DNA from: Macrostomum lignano
Taxonomy: Eukaryota
Reading direction: 5' to 3'
DNA: 64,000 bases
Assembly: GCA_002269645.1 (NCBI GenBank)
Contig: NIVC01000707.1
Location: 177,010-241,009 of the forward strand
In this document: piece by piece, positions 57,771 to 64,000 of the stretch
How positions within the stretch are numbered: the stretch's first letter is position 1
Layout: each line of letters starts with the position of its first letter
Position numbers and translations under genes: made by a program
Notes under the pieces: generated by a model
Databases searched by the model: none
The model's input: only the letters and a program-made list of their open reading frames with translations
What the model was told of the DNA's origin: nothing

Positions 57771-58229
57771 AACAAATTTCTGGTTGCGCTACTTGCTGTA
57801 CTGGATGCAGCCAGTGCAGTGACGCGTATTATCGCAAAAACTCGACCAGTCGTTTTTCGGCCAACCGGGAGCATCAATGCGGATCGGGCATAATTTTAAA
57901 TAAATATTTAATTACTTTACCCTGCTCCAAGTGCTAACAATCATTATCCTTAGATTTACCCTTCAGCTAGTTGTGTCGTCTCTTTTTGAAGATATTGGAT
58001 AGCTGGGCAAAATCCTATAAGTTTTTCTTTTGTATCGTTGGTGAAAAATACCGAGCATATACGGTTATACTACTTGTAGTATGTAGCTAATTACTCTTTC
58101 GATCGTGGCTTCAATGGCCAAAGGGTTATGGACCGATATGGACCGATTCTGCGACGTGACGAATGCTATAATCAGCATAATGTATCATGTATACATAATG
58201 TACCATAATGTGCCCGAGACATTATATTT

Positions 58230-61200
58230 GCACACCCGTGCAATAGTGCTGACATCTCTTGGCATCGCGGCCAGATCATCATGCCGGGGATGACCTCGGT
58301 TGGCTCGGACGGCCGCGCTTCGGCTGCGGCAGCAAAGTTCAGTACAGCAGGGACTCGCAGAGGTCGGCGCAGTGCAACGTCGGACTGAGCGGTGGCGCGA
58401 GCGCAACCGGCGAGGGCGACTCCGTGGCGCGGCCAGGCGCCTGTCGCCCCCAGTCCCTGCAACTTGAACTATGGATCCGCCGGGTGGCACCGGGGACCAC
58501 GAGGCCAACCTCCATCTGGCCCCAGCTGTACCAGGTGGCCGCCTCAGGCTCGGCACGGCATGCCGAACTCTGAAGGCCCCCTGGCGTCGCACCATCCTTG
58601 TCCAGCTGGCCCACGACCTACAGCTGGACCTCCTCTCGCTGCAGGAGGTCTCTATCGTGGCTGAGCGGGGGCTCCACTCTGAGGACCTTGGAGCCGGCTG
58701 GAGCCTCCTGTACACGTCGACAGACGACCGCGGCCGGGGCGGTGTCAGCGTACTGATCGGACCGCGCCTCCAGCAGAGCGTACACTGCATCTCGCTGTCC
58801 CCGCGACTGATGCGGGTCTACCTGCGACTGCGCGCCCGCTGCATTCGGCTGCTCGGTGAGGCTCGTGCCTTCTTCGACTTCCTAGCTGGGCAGCTGGAAG
58901 AGGTGCCAAACCGCGACACACTGGCAGTGCTTGGAGACCTGAACGCAGTCCTGCAGAGGTCCGAGCGCTTGCCCTTTGTCGCGGGACGCGAGAACGCCAA
59001 CACCGATGCACTGGAGGACCTGCTTGACCGGCTGGACCTGGTGTCCGCGAACACCTAGTTCTGCAAGCCCACTGCCCGCCTGGTTACCTTTGCGGGCTGC
59101 AAGAGAAGGCGGCGAAACGCACGCGGGCGAAACGCCATGCGAGGAGACTGGCGAAACTCTATCATGCGCTGGTTCGCACTCGCGAGCGCCGCCGCGTCAC
59201 CAACTGCGACACCATGGCTCCACTGGCTCTCCGGTCAGACCATCGACTTCTGCTCTGCGACTTGCGGCTCCGCGACCATCTCTACCGACCGCCAAAGCAG
59301 CGGCCACGGCGCTACTATCGCGCTCTGTTGGACACCCGCGTCAAGCGTCAATTCGAGGGTGCCTTCGTTGGCGCGCTTGGAGACCAGCGTGAGACGGAGT
59401 ATTCCGACATCAGCACCGCCGTTAGAGCCGCTGCGGAGCAGACGGTCCCGCTGATGCGGCCAGCGCAAAAATCGCTGCCTGTCTGGCAGAGCGACCCGAC
59501 CATCAGGCAAGCGCGGCTCAACATCGAGCGACTCCGCAGAAACCGGCGGCCCACGGGCGACGCTGAAGACGCATTTGAGCGCCTTCTAGACGAGCGGCAG
59601 CAGGCCGCTGTCGACGACGCCGTTAGGTCCATCACTGCAGCCGGCCCAGACGTGAAGAGCCGCGCAGTGTGGACGGCCGTCCGGTCTATGACGGGCGCAA
59701 AAAGCGCGTGGCGCTGAATCTGGCCGGTGACACCTTGGAGGAGCGCAGGAACGAATTGCGCGACTTCTTCGTCGGCATCGTGAACGCGCCCGCGTTGCCG
59801 CTGCCCGTCAGCTTTGCGCTTCCACTGGACACGCCGCTCCCAGCTGAGGAGGACTTCTGCACCAGCCCAGTCACCACAGAGGACGTTGTGCTGTTCGCTC
59901 GGAAAACATCAGGCGGCAAGGCACTCGTCCCGACGAAGTCCCGGTCGAGGCGCTGCGGCTCCGCTATGTGGCCTTCCAGGTCACAGGCGTCATGAATCGC
60001 GTGCTCGCCGGCGCCCCCGCGCCCACCGAGTTTACCGTCGCGCACATCGTGCCGATCCCGAAGAAGGCAGGGACAACGCGGAAAGCAGACCACCGCGGAT
60101 CTCGCTGAAGTCCTGCACCGCGAAGCTCTTCAACCGGCTGCTGCTCGATCGTCTCCAGTCGGTGCTGGATCCGTACCTGCGGTATGAGCAGAACGTATTC
60201 CGGCCGCAGCGTGGTCAGTGACACGGATCCTCGCACTCCGCCTTGTCATCGAGGAGGCGCGCATCCGCCAGTCTACGCTGATCATTGTCTTCGTTGACTT
60301 TCGAAAGGCATTTGACTTGGTGTTGAGAGCCGCGCTTCCCTTTGTCCTTCGAGCCTATCGGGTACCCCAGCAGCTAGTCGATGCTGTCATGGCGCTGTAT
60401 TGCGACACTCGAGCTGCTGAGGCGACGGCGGACGGCCTGTCTGACCTGTTCGACACTTCATCAGGAGTTCTGCTGGGCGACACGCTGGCGCCGTTCCTCT
60501 TCGTGCTGCTGCTGGACTGAGTGCTTCGGACCGCTCTCCCCTCGGCTTACGACGGCTTCCTGCTGCGCAGACGCATCAGTCGCCGCCACGGCGAAAAGCC
60601 ACGGCGTCTTCGTCCGTTGAAGGAGCCCAGCGCCAGATCGACAGGCTGGTCCAGGTGGCATCGAGCATCGGTCTGGTTGTCAACACGCTGAAGACCGAGG
60701 TGCTGACTGTGCCGGCCGACATCCCAGCGGACCTGACGTGCCGCGGCGCAAACGGGCAGACGACCAAGCTCGCACGCTGCCAGCGGTTCACCTACCTCGG
60801 TGGTCTGGTGCCTCACGTGGAGGAAGACCTCCGGCGGCGCAGAGGACTTGCCTGGGCGGCCTTCCGCTCGATCCGGGCCGTCGTCCAATCCGAAGCGCTG
60901 CCCGCGACCACCAGAGGGCTCGGCTGTGGCAGGCGGTAGTCGAAACCGTCCTGCTGCTATACAACACCGAGACGTGGACGCTGACAGCTACGCTAGAGCG
61001 GTAGCTGGACTCGGCGCACTCAGGGCTGTTCCGTGCTTCGAGCTGACGAGAGCATCGGGACCGAGACCCTGTACGATCGGGCCAAGCTGCAGCGCCCGTC
61101 CACCATCCTGCGCCGGCGGCGACTACAACTGGCGGGCCACGTGATCCGGGCCGAGGCTACTGCCCCTAACCTGTTCAGGACGTCTTATTGCTCACCTTGC

Positions 61201-61345
61201 AGGGCCCCTTCAGGCGGGGTCAGGCCCGAACCCGTCGATACGCGGACTGCCTGCCGTGCGACGCTGGGCGCACGACACTGCCAACGAAGCGGACTTCATT
61301 CGCTCCCAGACTCTGCGGCGCGCCATCTGACGCGCCCTACTCTAA
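58230..61345 (+). mobile_element. Decayed RTE-clade non-LTR retrotransposon (APE endonuclease plus RT)
   Basis: Endonuclease motifs (LSLQEV, GRGGV, VLGDLNA); RT motifs (EQNVFRPQRG, FVDFRKAFD, GVLLGDTLAPFLF, GLVVN..KTEVL, FTYLG); RTE-type RRRRLQLAGHVIR; several stops and frameshifts; ends approximate. Confidence 0.9.
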
Positions 61346-62189
61346 ATGTGACTTTGCGTGCGGAGTAGCGTATTTTGTTTTTGTTTGTTGTATAATGTAT
61401 GGATAAAGTATGTAGTATTTTGTGTAAAAGATCACAAACAAGTCTAGCCGCTTAACAGTGAATGCTAAATGGTAAAGTTTTCGCCTATTTTTTATTAACA
61501 AGACAAATTTTAAACCACTACTCGCCAACATTACACTATTTGTGAATAAATTGTTTTAATCCTACATTTGAGCGTGAAAACTTTCTAGGAAAAGCGACTT
61601 GACTGTACAAATAAGTCGCGAAAGAAATCTGTATCTGCTTACTTACTTGTTTGAATAATAAAATTAGGCTGCAATCGGTTTAAGACATCGTTAAAGTGCA
61701 AAAATTTTGTAATAAATTTTATAGATTCGCTGTTCATCTCGAATAACATCAGAATGGACAAAAATGAGTCTGGTGACTCCTATGAAGAAAAGCCAGGTTC
61801 AGAAAAGTTGGAGAAGAAAGTAATTGGTAAGCAGCGCATATTATCTTAGAGTTTTATATGATACTTATTGATACTTTGTGTGTACATCATACTAGAATTA
61901 AAAAAATGAATCTGTATTTTTATTTATTATTTAAATAGGTTTTCAGAGTCTGAAAAAATCATAGGAAGAGTCAAGAAAATATTATCTCAATTTGTCTGAA
62001 TCCTTTGGTTTATTAATGCCATTGCATTAATGACCATAATAAATTGAAGCCCAATTGCAATGCATAAAGATTTTGATAGAATGTCTACTACAGAATCCCT
62101 AGTGCGATCAGAATAGTGGTAATACACCATAGTTTGAATTGTTATTAGTGTACACTGGGTCAAATGGGGTAAAAAGTATAGGATGTAGG

Positions 62190-62770
62190 CCATAGTCCGG
62201 ATCATGCTGGACTTACACCGGAGGAAAAATCCAACATTTTTTGGCACTTATGCCAGACTTACACCAACCAAAAAAGGTCCCTCTGACTTATGCCACCCAA
62301 AAAAGGTCCCTCACAATTCTTGTGAATAGATAGAATAGATTATTTACAATGAATCGGTGATTAATTAAATTCAGAAGTTGCAACTGTTTAAAAATCTCAC
62401 AAGTTGCAAATTCTGAATCAAGAATCAAAGTAAGCATCTTGAAGCTAAAAAAACTTTTGCTATCCTACAATAGATATTCTGCTATCTCATTCATACGAAC
62501 TGCAATATTTTAATGAACTTTGTTTTAATGCTGCTCTTTAACATCATAATTAATGCAAATGTGTAATGTTCTATAGTGATACATTTGATCGTGAATGATC
62601 TCATTTGTGCCAACATTTATGCCACTTGATTTATGCCATGTACTTACGCCAAGCACTTACGCCAAAGCACATTTTGGCCTATACTTACGCCAAGCACTTA
62701 TGCCAGCCTCTGATCCCAAACCAGATTTACGCCGGAGATCTCTGGCGTAAACGACATGATCCAGACTATG
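62190..62770. mobile_element. Mutator-like MITE
   Basis: ~30 bp TIR CATAGTCCGGATCATG / CATGATCCAGACTATG; 9-bp TSD GGATGTAGG. Confidence 0.8.
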
Positions 62771-63914
62771 GGATGTAGGACCACATTTGTATGCTAGGAC
62801 TATAAAAATGTTTTCAACTATGTATGCCAAAGTTTTACACTTTTATTTTTGAATTTATTATGCAAAATAGGCCTATAAAGTAAAAAATCATGCACTTTTG
62901 CAATGTACACAGAGAAAGGACAAATGTAAAAGAAGTAAGGCCTACTGTAAATATTTTTTATTTGCTAAAATAGAGAAAAGAAGTTTTTAAGGCATAAAGT
63001 TTAAAATGTTTTTTTATTAGGCCTATTCCTTGTTCCATTTTGAAATATTGATAGTGTTGTATATAGTATATTTTATGTAGTCACTTTATTTGATCCTAAC
63101 CCATATTGCGGAAGGTTTTCTGTGTATGCCGGACACATTTTTATTGAATTTTCAATTGTACGCCAACATATTTTAAATGTACACCAACTTAAAAAACGGT
63201 AAAAAATCATCAAATATTTAAATTTCAAATTTAACTACAAAAAATTGATAACCATATGACGATTGTCGTGACAATTCCAGTAATTAAAATGATTGGTAAA
63301 TGAGAAAATAGTAGCAAAAAAATGTTTTTGAAATAACTTAACATAGAAAAAGCACAAAAAATTCTTTATATTAATTTCTATGCCAGTTGCCATATACCAC
63401 ACTGTACGCCACACTGTACACAGCCAAGAAATGTATGCTGATGTACACCACGGAAATCAAGTGTATGCCGGAATTTTCTGGCGTACACCCCACCATCCAC
63501 AAAATGGATCCTAACATGTATGTAATTATGCACAGAAATAAGCCAGAAATTTTCTACTGTGTTTATGTACACTAGGATATATGCTGATGTATGCTAAAAA
63601 ATGGCAAATACTTTATTGTATGCTAGGAAATCCCAGTATATATGTTGCCTTCCAAACTATGAGTAGTGCAGTGTGGTATGGTATATTATGGCATGGCATG
63701 GTATGACTTATATCAGCAGTTCTCAACCTTTTTAGGCAACCTTAATTTATTTACATAAATTTAATGTTCGCGACCCCTTTTATAATCAATATATGTATTA
63801 TTAAGTATGATATACTCACACATTTCTTAGTGCTGCGACCCCTAGAAATATTTTATATTTCAGTATGTTGTGCTATGACTTAAAAAAGTAAGGTTTAATT
63901 ATGCTTCCACTTGC

Positions 63915-64000
63915 TCAATAACTGCTTCCATTTGCTCAATAACTGCTTCCATTTGCTCAAGGCTGCTTCCATTCGCTCAAAGCTGCTTCCATTTGCTCAA
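63915..64000. repeat. Minisatellite, 21 bp (CCATTTGCTCAATAACTGCTT), runs off the window end
   Basis: Visible units. Confidence 0.85.

Noticed and set aside
686-57937. Long ORFs over minisatellites (e.g. 686-1729, 4713-5346, 9355-10263, 14109-15600, 42247-43020, 57226-57937)
   Set aside because: They stay open only because the repeat units lack stops; they lie in introns or spacers of recognised genes
58265-58345. HDV-like ribozyme in the RTE 5' UTR (G-U-started 6-bp helix and UUCG-capped hairpin)
   Set aside because: Could not build P2, P3 and P1.1 consistently; an RNArobo or Infernal HDV-like search would settle it
61753-62000. Exon-like MDKNESGDSYEEK.. segment with a GTAAGC donor
   Set aside because: Downstream acceptors reach stops within 8-17 codons and there is no homology clue

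Overview
Eukaryotic, intron-containing DNA with GC-rich exons, a different minisatellite in almost every intron or spacer, and AT-rich TE-filled stretches. This style suggests a free-living flatworm such as Macrostomum (inference only). Minus strand, two co-oriented gene chains: HAGH > NAF1 > RPS2 > RPS2 > MPV17L2 (49.2-34.0 kb) and UBXN7 > MRPL33 > tandem-RING gene > DNAJC16 (15.9-1.8 kb). Both have splice acceptors just before the start codons, like trans-spliced operons. Between them lies a tandem duplication (~16.3-24.0 kb vs ~24.0-34.6 kb) carrying a plus-strand M6/proteolipid gene and MPV17L2; its junction has a templated insertion. The right end holds a frameshifted Mab-21/cGAS-like gene, a decayed RTE-type LINE and MITEs. 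Main leads: (1) one RPS2 copy has its CAG acceptor replaced by CATG, which matches the flatworm spliced-leader end; (2) four acceptors would turn the SL AUG into a 4-codon uORF at the main start; (3) a minisatellite built from a working splice acceptor; (4) inverted minisatellites around a candidate cassette exon in M6; (5) a hammerhead ribozyme motif in a HAGH intron repeat; (6) a 28S rDNA fragment spanning the R2/R1 target region inside a hAT element; (7) a likely catalytically dead cGAS-like receptor. All gene names come from recalled family motifs, not database searches.
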